24,565 bases of DNA, taken from positions 1 through 24,565 of IMG/VR virus record IMGVR_UViG_3300005404_000032; one strand, given 5' to 3'. A program made the position numbers and the translations under genes. Source of the DNA: a virus. Lineage: Duplodnaviria > Caudoviricetes. Numbering within the stretch: position 1 is the stretch's first letter; every line of letters begins with the position of its first letter. This document shows, in pieces, positions 16,973 to 24,565 of the stretch. The notes beneath the pieces are model-generated. The model saw only the letters and a program-made list of their open reading frames with translations, was not told where the DNA came from and made no database searches.

Positions 16973-17754
16973 TGTCTCAGGTCATTTCATATGACTGTGA
17001 TAATTTACTAGATCTGGTAAAGATCTATGATGTTGATGTGCTTTGGAAAGAGATACTGACTGAAGCACGGACTTGTTACGGACTCTGGAAGTCGGTTATT
17101 GAACCATTAGCAGAGTCCTCTATGTCTGGTAGTAGGGATGAATGGGATATGTCTATGAGCAAGAACGCTTATAACATCATCACACTCTCATCCACTATGC
17201 CAGAATTTTTTTATTTGTGGAACCAAGTATTTAAAAATATTAGATCCTATCCAGGATTAGAAACTAAACCATTGTGGATACACGCTTGGATGAATGCACA
17301 TAGGTATGATGAGTTAGGTAAGATGTCGTTAGGGTGGCATAACCATAGCTACTGTAAGTATCACGGTTTCATTCACTTGAGTGATAAACCTACAGAAACT
17401 GTGTTTGCTAATGATATTCCAAAAGATTTTAAGGAGAGAGATAAACAGACTTTGGCATACCTTGATCTAGAAGATCGTACTAAACATCCACTAGATGCTG
17501 ATGAGTATCCATATGTCATCCCTAACAAGCAAGGACTACAGTATATTGGTCCAGGTCCGTTAATGCACGCTGTAAAACCTTTGCCATATGAGGGAATTCG
17601 TGTTAGTATAGGCTACGATATTATTGATGATCTCAACTGGTTGCCCTTAGAGCAATGTCATACTGAGAAGGGTTTATGTCAATTCTATCCAGTGTTCGAG
17701 AGATCAAAAGATTTCTTTAACACTAAGTTAGTTCCTATCCCTGTATACAAATGA
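16972..17754 (+). CDS. Putative Fe(II) oxygenase-fold protein (HxH...H), paralog B
   Basis: Shares SKNAYN, HAW(L/M)N, WHNHSY..YHGF.H.S.K.T.TVF, VIPNKQG, GIR.SIG.DI and LVPI with 7019-7585. Confidence 0.6.
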   Translation: MSQVISYDCDNLLDLVKIYDVDVLWKEILTEARTCYGLWKSVIEPLAESSMSGSRDEWDMSMSKNAYNIITLSSTMPEFFYLWNQVFKNIRSYPGLETKPLWIHAWMNAHRYDELGKMSLGWHNHSYCKYHGFIHLSDKPTETVFANDIPKDFKERDKQTLAYLDLEDRTKHPLDADEYPYVIPNKQGLQYIGPGPLMHAVKPLPYEGIRVSIGYDIIDDLNWLPLEQCHTEKGLCQFYPVFERSKDFFNTKLVPIPVYK

Positions 17755-17957
17755 AACTAAGACCTAAGGAGGAAGATCTTCCAAGACCTGAAGAAGAAAT
17801 CGCAGACAGTTTTAATGCAGTAGACAAAGGAGAACTCATTGCTGAGATCTTATGTATTGCTGCTGAACTAGGTGGTACTGTTGAGAGAGTGGACACTTCA
17901 AATAGTGTCGGAAGAAAAAGCAAAAAGATAGTTATCGAGTATGATATAGAAGAATAA
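17751..17957 (+). CDS. Hypothetical protein (68 aa)
   Basis: ATGA-coupled start; C-terminal GRKSKKIVIEYD. Confidence 0.75.
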   Translation: MKLRPKEEDLPRPEEEIADSFNAVDKGELIAEILCIAAELGGTVERVDTSNSVGRKSKKIVIEYDIEE

Positions 17958-17961
17958 TACT

Positions 17962-17968
17962 CTAAATA
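17962..17968 (+). promoter_or_regulatory. T4-type late promoter CTAAATA
   Basis: Located in a 16-nt intergenic gap, 5 nt before ATG 17974. Confidence 0.75.
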
Positions 17969-17973
17969 CTGGT

Positions 17974-19161
17974 ATGGCATACAATGTAATACCAAAAACA
18001 TTTGAAGAAGCAGGTAAAGCAGTGAAGCATATGGATACAGTCCGTGCTGCTGAAGCCCTTAGGTTGTTTAATGTATTAACAGAGAAGTATGGAAACATAC
18101 TGCCAGATCCTATTGCATTTGATCCAAGTAATAAAAGTGTATGTAAGATTAGCAGACAGCTAGTAGGAACTTTTACGATCAGAGAAATTAAAAATCAGTT
18201 GAAGATCAAAAATTTACAACCTGACTTTGGTAATGGTAGTAGAGGAAATAGAGGAGCAGCAAACCAAGGTGGTCTCTTTGAAAGAGAGATGGAGAACTTG
18301 CTTAATGATTGGATTGAGAATCCAGATGATCTAAAGAATAATAAGTATAGAAATTTTATCTTTGGTCTTGTAGATCATTATGGTCTAGAGAAGTGTACAG
18401 CATTGAGAGTAGTACCTGAAGGTGCTGAGAACAAGAAAAGACCAATGAAAATTGTTAATGGTCATTGGCAGATAGGTGGTGCTTCACCAACTAAAGGATA
18501 TAATATTGGTGCAACTGTTACTGACGTAACACTGGTGACAAAGTGTAAGGGGGAGCAAGAAAGGAAAACATATCTGTCACTAAAGACAAGTGGTACCACA
18601 AACCTATCTAACCTAGGTCTTAAGACCAACGTGTTCCCTGTAGATCAAGTTAAAGCAGGTAGTATCACCACTGAAGCAGGTCTAGCATTGATTGATACAT
18701 TTGGTTTAAAGCAAGATTTACTCTGCGAAACTTTTAATGCTTTTCAATCTGGCAGTCGTGAGTTCCACGAGATTGATACTGCTCCTAGCTATGACCGTAA
18801 CTTACTTAAGGAATTGATTAAAGGATCTCTTGGTTGGGGATATCATTATGTCCATCTACACGGTGGACACATACATCATCTAGAAATTGATGAGAGATTT
18901 TTAAATGCTGCCTCCGTTGCGTCAAATGTCAAAGTGGCATACGGTGGTAACACAGGAGGGGCAAAACGTGTTAATATAAACTTAAAGACACCTCTATTGG
19001 ATATGGCTTTTAACATCAGAAACACATCTGACAAGGGAAGTAAAGCAGATCCAGATCGTGTGTATCCAGACAAGCTACAATCAGGATACAAGATGAAAGG
19101 TGAAAGCATTATGACCAAATTCCCAGGTGATTCGGAGGAGGACGCACACGATAATGGCTAA
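17974..19161 (+). CDS. Hypothetical protein, putative PD-(D/E)xK nuclease fold
   Basis: GGLFE helix, TVTDVTL and YLSLKT spaced like an E...D...S-x-K restriction-endonuclease-type active site. Confidence 0.55.
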   Translation: MAYNVIPKTFEEAGKAVKHMDTVRAAEALRLFNVLTEKYGNILPDPIAFDPSNKSVCKISRQLVGTFTIREIKNQLKIKNLQPDFGNGSRGNRGAANQGGLFEREMENLLNDWIENPDDLKNNKYRNFIFGLVDHYGLEKCTALRVVPEGAENKKRPMKIVNGHWQIGGASPTKGYNIGATVTDVTLVTKCKGEQERKTYLSLKTSGTTNLSNLGLKTNVFPVDQVKAGSITTEAGLALIDTFGLKQDLLCETFNAFQSGSREFHEIDTAPSYDRNLLKELIKGSLGWGYHYVHLHGGHIHHLEIDERFLNAASVASNVKVAYGGNTGGAKRVNINLKTPLLDMAFNIRNTSDKGSKADPDRVYPDKLQSGYKMKGESIMTKFPGDSEEDAHDNG

Positions 19162-20362
19162 TGTAAAGCAACTCAAACACCTTGAACACTTAGAAGATGA
19201 AATGTTGAACTATGGTTCTGATGGTTGTGCTGCGTCTGTTGCTTTCCTGAAAGAATTATATAAGATGCTTGGTAAGACTGCTGATGCGAAAGGATTCTTA
19301 CAAACCAAGTGGGATGGTGCACCATCTGTAGTATGTGGTACTGATCCTAACAGTGGTATGTTCTTTGTGGGTACTAAGTCTGTCTTTGCTAAGACTGCAC
19401 CTAAGGTTTGCTACACAGAGGAGGATGTTGATGTATATTATGAGGGAGATTTAGCAGAGAAGTTAAAGTATTCTCTACGTTACTTCAGTAAGTTGAACAT
19501 TAGAGGAGTTGTACAAGGAGATTTACTATACACAGACAGTACTCTAAAGACTGAGACTGTAGATGGTGAGAAATTATATACGTTTAGACCCAATACTATT
19601 ACGTACGGAATACCTCAGGAACACGACATAGGTAAAGAGGTCAAGCAATCAAAGATTGGTGTAGTATTCCATACGCATTACAGTGGCACTACTTTTGGAG
19701 AGATGCAAGCAATGGCTGGTGCTCCTATCAAGACATTCTCACGTGCTAGTGAAGTAGCAGTCATATCTAACGACACTCCTATCAACGAAGTGACCCTTAC
19801 GGCTCAAGAATGTACCACTTTCGAGCAATATATTCAAAGGATAGATCACCTCTGTGGAAACTGTGGGGAATTCCTCGATAATATTGTGGAAAACGTGGGG
19901 ACAACTGGTGATTCTAAGTGGCACGTTGCTAGTTACCTCAAGCAGTTCTTTAATAGTCAGGTACGTCAAGGTATGGCCATAGGTAATCCACGTCAAGCAC
20001 TTGATAACTTGATAGAGTTCTATCACGAGAAGATGAAGAAGGAACTTGCTAAGATCAAGACTCCTAAGACACTTGCAGTTAAGCGTAAGTTAGTATTTGA
20101 TAGTGAAGTGTACCTAGACAAGAATGAAATTAACTTTACACAGTTGTTGAAACTCTATAAAGAGATCCAAGATGTCAAACAATTTATCATAGACAAGCTA
20201 GATCACCTAGAGAGATTCAGAACTTACGTAGAAACTGAGAAGGGATACAAGGTTACTACACCTGAGGGTTATGTACTACACCAAGATGGTGATATGATCA
20301 AACTGGTCAACCGTCTTGAGTTTGCATACAACAACTTTACTATTCAGAAGCAATGGCGTTAG
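19154..20362 (+). CDS. Conserved T4-like phage protein (DUF6267-like) with ATP-dependent ligase / covalent nucleotidyltransferase motifs
   Basis: KHLEHLED N-terminus, motif I TKWDG, III VQGDLL, IV EGYV, V IKLV. GGAGGA RBS before ATG 19154. Confidence 0.65.
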   Translation: MANVKQLKHLEHLEDEMLNYGSDGCAASVAFLKELYKMLGKTADAKGFLQTKWDGAPSVVCGTDPNSGMFFVGTKSVFAKTAPKVCYTEEDVDVYYEGDLAEKLKYSLRYFSKLNIRGVVQGDLLYTDSTLKTETVDGEKLYTFRPNTITYGIPQEHDIGKEVKQSKIGVVFHTHYSGTTFGEMQAMAGAPIKTFSRASEVAVISNDTPINEVTLTAQECTTFEQYIQRIDHLCGNCGEFLDNIVENVGTTGDSKWHVASYLKQFFNSQVRQGMAIGNPRQALDNLIEFYHEKMKKELAKIKTPKTLAVKRKLVFDSEVYLDKNEINFTQLLKLYKEIQDVKQFIIDKLDHLERFRTYVETEKGYKVTTPEGYVLHQDGDMIKLVNRLEFAYNNFTIQKQWR

Positions 20363-20922
20363 AAAAATTATATGATTGTTGCTTCTTTACCTTTGGTAGG
20401 TTCCAACCACCCACCATAGGACACGAAGAGAACATAAAAGGGGTCAAAATAGCAGCTTCTAAATGTGACTGGAGGATCTATACATCAAAGTCGCAAGATA
20501 AAAGTGGTAAAAATCCACTAATACCAGCAAATAAAGTCAAGTGGATGAAGAAAATGTTCCCTAGCTATGCTAAGAACATCGTCGGTGCACAAAAATCTGT
20601 GATCGAATGCTTACAGGACATACAAGAAGCAGGTTATGAGGATGCAACACTAGTTGTTGGGTCGGATCGTGTTGCTGCATTTGCGTGGATTCATAAATAT
20701 AATGGCAAGGACTATTACTTCAGAAAACTCGACATTGTTTCTTCTGGTAATCGTGATGCAGACGGTGATACGTTTGCAATCTCTGGTACTAAGATGAGAC
20801 GTGCAGCATTTGCTGAAGACTTTGCAGCATTTCGTCAAGGAATTCCCAGAGCATTAAGCGATGGTGAATGTAAGAAACTGATGAATGAGATTAAGAGCAA
20901 CTTACCCTCTAATTTTAAATGA
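20353..20922 (+). CDS. HIGH-family nucleotidyltransferase ('cytidyltransferase')
   Basis: FGRFQPPTIGH, VVGSDR, ISGTKMR. Confidence 0.88.
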   Translation: MALEKLYDCCFFTFGRFQPPTIGHEENIKGVKIAASKCDWRIYTSKSQDKSGKNPLIPANKVKWMKKMFPSYAKNIVGAQKSVIECLQDIQEAGYEDATLVVGSDRVAAFAWIHKYNGKDYYFRKLDIVSSGNRDADGDTFAISGTKMRRAAFAEDFAAFRQGIPRALSDGECKKLMNEIKSNLPSNFK

Positions 20923-21278
20923 AGAAACTTTCTGAATTTAAGTGCCCTCCAGCTAAGAAGAAGACTGGTGAAAAATACTGTCGTCTTTGTGAGAAGAGGG
21001 AGAAGCGTGGCACGTGTGGCTACGGTGGAAAGATGTGGGATCGCTACACAGTAGATGATGTATCACAGGAAGAAAAAGAAGCAAGGATGACTGAGTTTCA
21101 GGGTAGTAACTCTGATGCCAGTGAAGAATTTGTGTTCAATCTAAGTGACAATCTCTCTGAGATTGTTGAAACAGATCCGTTGGTTAATAATCCAACATCT
21201 AACTATAGATATGATGACACACCTCCTCCTGCAAAGAAAAAATTAATGAACATTAAAAAAAGAGCGAAGAAAAAATGA
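20919..21278 (+). CDS. Hypothetical protein with a Cys cluster (C...YCRLC...C), possible zinc finger
   Basis: YCRLCEKREKRGTCGYG, basic C-terminal tail, ATGA-coupled. Confidence 0.7.
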   Translation: MKKLSEFKCPPAKKKTGEKYCRLCEKREKRGTCGYGGKMWDRYTVDDVSQEEKEARMTEFQGSNSDASEEFVFNLSDNLSEIVETDPLVNNPTSNYRYDDTPPPAKKKLMNIKKRAKKK

Positions 21279-21487
21279 AAAATTTACCAATCCCATTGCT
21301 CACATTCTTAGCAGCACAAGTAGGTGCAGCAGTTTGGTGGGGTGCACAAATAGATGCTAAGGTATCACTTGTAGAAGAGAATAGGAGATACATCCAAGAG
21401 GTTGTAATTCCTTCCTATGAGATTAGTGACAACTGGGACAACCCTCACTACAACAACTGGCTAAAAGCTGGTGGTTGGAAAGACTAA
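21275..21487 (+). CDS. Small protein with an N-terminal membrane anchor
   Basis: LPIPLLTFLAAQVGAAVWWGA hydrophobic segment. Confidence 0.75.
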   Translation: MKNLPIPLLTFLAAQVGAAVWWGAQIDAKVSLVEENRRYIQEVVIPSYEISDNWDNPHYNNWLKAGGWKD

Positions 21488-21720
21488 TGACCTTACCAAG
21501 AATTCATTATGATCCTTGGTTCCACGATAACCCCTTGGACCTTATGCCTATAGCAACAGACAAACCGATCGAAGAATGGGAAGACGATGGTCTAGACTAT
21601 GAAGATCAAATAAACGAAACCGTTCACGAGAAAATGTACAAGATAGCTACTAGCAAGTACAATCCATTTTCTGTGGGTGGGTCAGAAAATATACACGACT
21701 TCGATAAAAAGAAGAAATGA
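21487..21720 (+). CDS. Hypothetical acidic protein (77 aa)
   Basis: TAATG-coupled ATG 21487 (MTLPRIHYDPWF). Confidence 0.7.
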   Translation: MTLPRIHYDPWFHDNPLDLMPIATDKPIEEWEDDGLDYEDQINETVHEKMYKIATSKYNPFSVGGSENIHDFDKKKK

Positions 21721-21950
21721 AATCCTTTAAACAGTTCCGTACCAATATAACAGAGAGATTTGAGCGTGAAGTTCAAGAAGACTTCCGTCACGATCAGGTC
21801 TTTTGTGAAGGAGACTGGGTGAAGAACACTACCAATGGTAAGTATGGTAAGGTGATTCGCCGTGGACCTAACTATATAATAGCACTAGCGGAAGACAACA
21901 AAATTTTTAGATCTTGGGTAAAAGATCTGGAGGAGTACTCAGTCCTATGA
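21717..21950 (+). CDS. Small SH3/KOW-like protein with an internal-protein-like N-terminus
   Basis: MKSFKQFRTNITE then GDWVK...GKVIRRGPNYII...FRSWVKDL. Confidence 0.7.
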   Translation: MKSFKQFRTNITERFEREVQEDFRHDQVFCEGDWVKNTTNGKYGKVIRRGPNYIIALAEDNKIFRSWVKDLEEYSVL

Positions 21951-22111
21951 AAACATTCTATCAACTAAGAGCAGAACTTCCTGAGGACACCTCAGAGGTA
22001 GAGATTATGCCTGAGATTAATTCCGACACGGATGATCCGAAGGAGTTAATGAAGAAGAAGGCGAAGAAACGTTTACTTCCCAAGAAAAAAGAAGTACAAG
22101 AGCCTAAATAA
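21947..22111 (+). CDS. Small bipolar acidic/basic protein (54 aa), putative internal head protein
   Basis: GGAGGAG RBS, ATG 21947, MKTFYQLRAE N-terminus, lysine-rich tail. Confidence 0.7.
   Translation: MKTFYQLRAELPEDTSEVEIMPEINSDTDDPKELMKKKAKKRLLPKKKEVQEPK
22104..22110 (+). promoter_or_regulatory. T4-type late promoter CTAAATA
   Basis: Overlaps the upstream stop, 21 nt before ATG 22132. Confidence 0.65.
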
Positions 22112-22131
22112 ATCTAACTTCAATACTTGAA

Positions 22132-22320
22132 ATGATTAATTTTTTAATGCCTATCGCTATCAGCATTATTAACAAAGCGGTAGATAAGATTCCAGAGGAT
22201 CTTGATTCAGTGATCAAAGACTTCCTGATCAAGTTGCTGAAGAAAGCAGCAGCTAAGACAGAGAACAAAGTTGATGATGAACTCGTGGCAGCAGTAGCTA
22301 AAGCACTACTTGAGTCATAA
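22132..22320 (+). CDS. Conserved small helical protein (62 aa)
   Basis: LLKKAAAKTENKVDDELV...ALL pattern. Confidence 0.8.
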   Translation: MINFLMPIAISIINKAVDKIPEDLDSVIKDFLIKLLKKAAAKTENKVDDELVAAVAKALLES

Positions 22321-22329
22321 TAAAACTTT

Positions 22330-22337
22330 TATAAATA
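22330..22337 (+). promoter_or_regulatory. Canonical T4 late promoter TATAAATA
   Basis: Exact gp55 consensus, intergenic. Confidence 0.85.
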
Positions 22338-22364
22338 GCCACAGACAATAGTTTGTGTATTGCA

Positions 22365-22928
22365 ATGGCAGAAGATCGTAACGATTGGGTACCTAAGTTT
22401 GACCTGAAAAAGGATGGACACTCAATTACCCAAGTGCCTCAATCTGATGGTACCATAAAATACTTCCAAGGGAACTATGACGAGAAGGGTGAAATCGATC
22501 GAGTCAGAATTAATTCTCCTGGAAAGTATCTAAAGACTCCTACAGCCCAAATCAAGGACAGTAATGGAGATAATGTGGATCATAGAGGGGCTATATTCCA
22601 AGTAACTCTTGACAAGTACGGAGGAGTATATCAAATACTCATTCCTATTGGAGGAGCAGGTGCTGGATTCGATGATGAATCTAAAGAAGAACTTAAGTTA
22701 GAACTTACTACAGCAACTGCATCTGATACTATTGAAAAGGCTGACGTTGATGTCATTCTTAAGACAGGACAGTGGTTAGATGTTGATGCATCTGAAGCAG
22801 ATCGTGTTAATAAACTAGTAACTGATGAAGTAAGAGAGCACAGTGCAGCAACCAAACGAGGATTGCGTAACCAACTACTATCTGTAGCTAACGCTTCAGG
22901 TGAAGTTGAAGGTTATAATATTAGATAA
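22365..22928 (+). CDS. Probable virion-associated protein
   Basis: Late promoter upstream. VRINSPGKY..TP...GAIF.V....GGV..I.I..GGAG resembles beta-repeats of cyanophage structural proteins. Probable start ATG 22365. Confidence 0.65.
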   Translation: MAEDRNDWVPKFDLKKDGHSITQVPQSDGTIKYFQGNYDEKGEIDRVRINSPGKYLKTPTAQIKDSNGDNVDHRGAIFQVTLDKYGGVYQILIPIGGAGAGFDDESKEELKLELTTATASDTIEKADVDVILKTGQWLDVDASEADRVNKLVTDEVREHSAATKRGLRNQLLSVANASGEVEGYNIR

Positions 22929-22931
22929 ATA
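22925..22931 (+). promoter_or_regulatory. T4-type late promoter ATAAATA
   Basis: Overlaps the upstream TAA, 23 nt before ATG 22955. Confidence 0.75.
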
Positions 22932-22954
22932 CTAACAAACAGGTAATCAGAACA

Positions 22955-23596
22955 ATGTCACTTTACGGAGATACTGACAGTAACGCCAATAAGACTAAGG
23001 TTGAAACTACCGTCGTAGCAGACGCTAGTGGTTCTACTGTGGTCTTCGTTGACGAGACAGAAGCAGCACTTAGTGAGAACCAAGAGCGTGGACTCACTGG
23101 ACCAGGTTGGTGGAACTACATCACCTATACCGATACTGCTGGTAATACACGCTATAAATCAGAACTTCTTGTTCCTCTAACAGATCCAGAAGCAAACGCA
23201 GACGAGACACAGAGTGATGATAGTGTAGTAGCTGACGCAGCAACTGCTATCACATTCAGTCAAGATCTAGTAGCACTAACAGGTCTTAGTGACCCCGTTA
23301 CTACTAGTGCACTTACAGTTACTGCTGCATCAAGTGACTCATCAGCACTTAGCACACAGTGGCAACGTAAGACTGCAACAGGACTTCGTTGGGTTAACAT
23401 CACATCTTCACTAGACGGTGGAGTATATGGTAACACTGGAGTAGCAGCTAGTGTAACTTCAGGAGCAGCAACAGCACTCACAATTACCGCAGGTACTAAA
23501 GCAGCACTTGACGGATATGAGTATCGTGTTAAAATAACATCTGCTGGTGGTGCTGAAGAAGTAACTTCTGCGGCTAAGTCAATTACATTCGCATAA
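22955..23596 (+). CDS. Virion structural protein with a C-terminal Ig-like domain (head decoration/fibre-like)
   Basis: MSLYG N-terminus, PGWWNY.TYTD..GNTR.K.E.LV, A/T/S-rich. Ig-like TQWQRK...W...LTI...DGYEYRVKIT. Confidence 0.75.
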   Translation: MSLYGDTDSNANKTKVETTVVADASGSTVVFVDETEAALSENQERGLTGPGWWNYITYTDTAGNTRYKSELLVPLTDPEANADETQSDDSVVADAATAITFSQDLVALTGLSDPVTTSALTVTAASSDSSALSTQWQRKTATGLRWVNITSSLDGGVYGNTGVAASVTSGAATALTITAGTKAALDGYEYRVKITSAGGAEEVTSAAKSITFA

Positions 23597-23609
23597 TTTT
23601 GACCGAGGG

Positions 23610-23969
23610 ATGAAATTTGAATTTCTAAATGATGACAACTTCCTTCTATTCGCTTCTAAAAACTACGAAAATCCTCAAGGAATAACTTACGACGACTTCC
23701 TTGAGGATTTGAAGCGTTTTAAATATATAAAACGTTTGTTGAAGAGATATGAGAAGTCAGGAGAGTTAAAGACTCACCTAATTCTTAACCATATTATAGT
23801 GTTACAGAATGTATTTGGTGAAGCATCCACTCCAATGCTCTTTCATAAGATTGACGCAAAGTATTGGAGTATGTTAAAGTCGTTCTTAAAGTATCTCAAT
23901 TACCTCCCTGAGGAACTTGACGATCCTTACTTAGATACATATACCTTAGAAGAACTCATACTGCTATGA
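23610..23969 (+). CDS. Conserved T4-like phage hypothetical protein (119 aa)
   Basis: NFLLFA.KNY.NP...DLKRFKYIKRLL...LILNHII.L.NVFG pattern; GAGGGA upstream. Confidence 0.85.
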   Translation: MKFEFLNDDNFLLFASKNYENPQGITYDDFLEDLKRFKYIKRLLKRYEKSGELKTHLILNHIIVLQNVFGEASTPMLFHKIDAKYWSMLKSFLKYLNYLPEELDDPYLDTYTLEELILL

Positions 23970-24565
23970 ATGAGGACGCACCAATCAATTCAGCTGGAGA
24001 CGGTAGCCAGATTGCTCTGCCACCTGCTCATATTATAGTTGGAAAAAAGAACCGTTCTAAATATAAGAAGAACAATGGGGCAAAATATGACGGTCGTACA
24101 AAGGCTGGTCGTAAATTAGTCTCCCGTATTATGTCAGGTCGCAACAAAAAAATGTCTGAAGAATCTAAAAAAATTACTGAAGCAGCAACTGAGACTGAAA
24201 GAGCTCAGAAGCAAATCGCTCAACAAAAGAAGTTGAGTAGACAAAAGGGTCTACAGAAAAAGCGTGACGAAGCTAAGAGTAAGATGCAGTCCAAGACTAA
24301 GGAAATGGATACTCTTATGAAGGCACGTCTCTCTGACTTTAAGAAGAAGGCATCCGATCAAACAAAGAAATTAAAGAAAGAGTCTGTTGAAGTCGATGTA
24401 CTTGACACAGCAGTAGCTCTAGTGGATAAGAAGGTTGGTGATAACCAAGGTTTTGCTGACATCGCAGTAGGTGACAAGACAATGAAGCTTGATACTTATT
24501 CTGCTAAGAGAGTAACAGATGTATATGGTAACCTTGATCCTGCTAATCAGATCAAGTTCCGTCAG
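23966..24565 (+). CDS. Basic coiled-coil protein, putative internal/prohead-associated, 3'-truncated (absent from the ORF track)
   Basis: ATGA-coupled and open for 200 codons to the window end: MNEDAPINSAGDG...YDGRTKAGRKLV...KKITEAATE... Confidence 0.85.
   Translation, partial: MNEDAPINSAGDGSQIALPPAHIIVGKKNRSKYKKNNGAKYDGRTKAGRKLVSRIMSGRNKKMSEESKKITEAATETERAQKQIAQQKKLSRQKGLQKKRDEAKSKMQSKTKEMDTLMKARLSDFKKKASDQTKKLKKESVEVDVLDTAVALVDKKVGDNQGFADIAVGDKTMKLDTYSAKRVTDVYGNLDPANQIKFRQ

Noticed and set aside
22132-22320. Holin call for the 62-aa late protein
   Set aside because: It is amphipathic with no clear transmembrane helix, and no lysin is seen nearby.
73-23481. All minus-strand ORFs and alternate-frame plus-strand ORFs nested in long genes
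   Set aside because: They lie wholly or largely within well-supported plus-strand genes, are S/L/I-rich antisense or frameshift shadows, and show no recognisable motifs.
425-23725. Intragenic TAAATA hits at 425, 2562, 8050, 13308, 20693 and 23719
   Set aside because: Explained by common L/I-N or K-Y codons in AT-rich DNA. They cannot be called promoters without TSS data, though 13308 and 20693 are worth checking.
1-24565. tRNA, rRNA, CRISPR array, IS element
   Set aside because: Intergenic gaps are all short (about 100 nt or less) and accounted for; I saw no cloverleaf, repeat-spacer pattern or transposase motif.

Overview
A gene-dense, all-plus-strand fragment of a T4-like marine cyanophage (cyanomyovirus, Kyanoviridae-type) genome. 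It holds the DNA replication/recombination module: the 3' part of gp46, gp45 clamp, gp44/gp62 clamp loader, regA, gp43 polymerase, uvsX and gp41 helicase. Interspersed are an HExxH+VWA protein with a MoxR/CobS-like AAA+ ATPase, a Dam methylase, hsp20, mazG, three putative Fe(II)-oxygenase-fold genes and many small ORFs, several missed by the ORF track. From about 17.96 kb, T4-type late promoters drive a coupled trio (PD-(D/E)xK-like nuclease, KxDG ligase-like protein, HIGH nucleotidyltransferase), small proteins with T4 internal-protein-like N-termini, and virion proteins. Strongest non-obvious signals: (1) a ROSE-like RNA thermometer 5' of hsp20; (2) two copies of a palindrome + hairpin + TATAAT promoter cassette with identical spacing; (3) a basic ORF with a strong RBS and no stop codon that runs through a terminator-like hairpin into the VWA gene; (4) the late nuclease/ligase/nucleotidyltransferase trio next to putative capsid-targeted proteins. 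No tRNA, rRNA, CRISPR, intron or intein was seen. Family assignments come from reading motifs and from recall, not from database searches.
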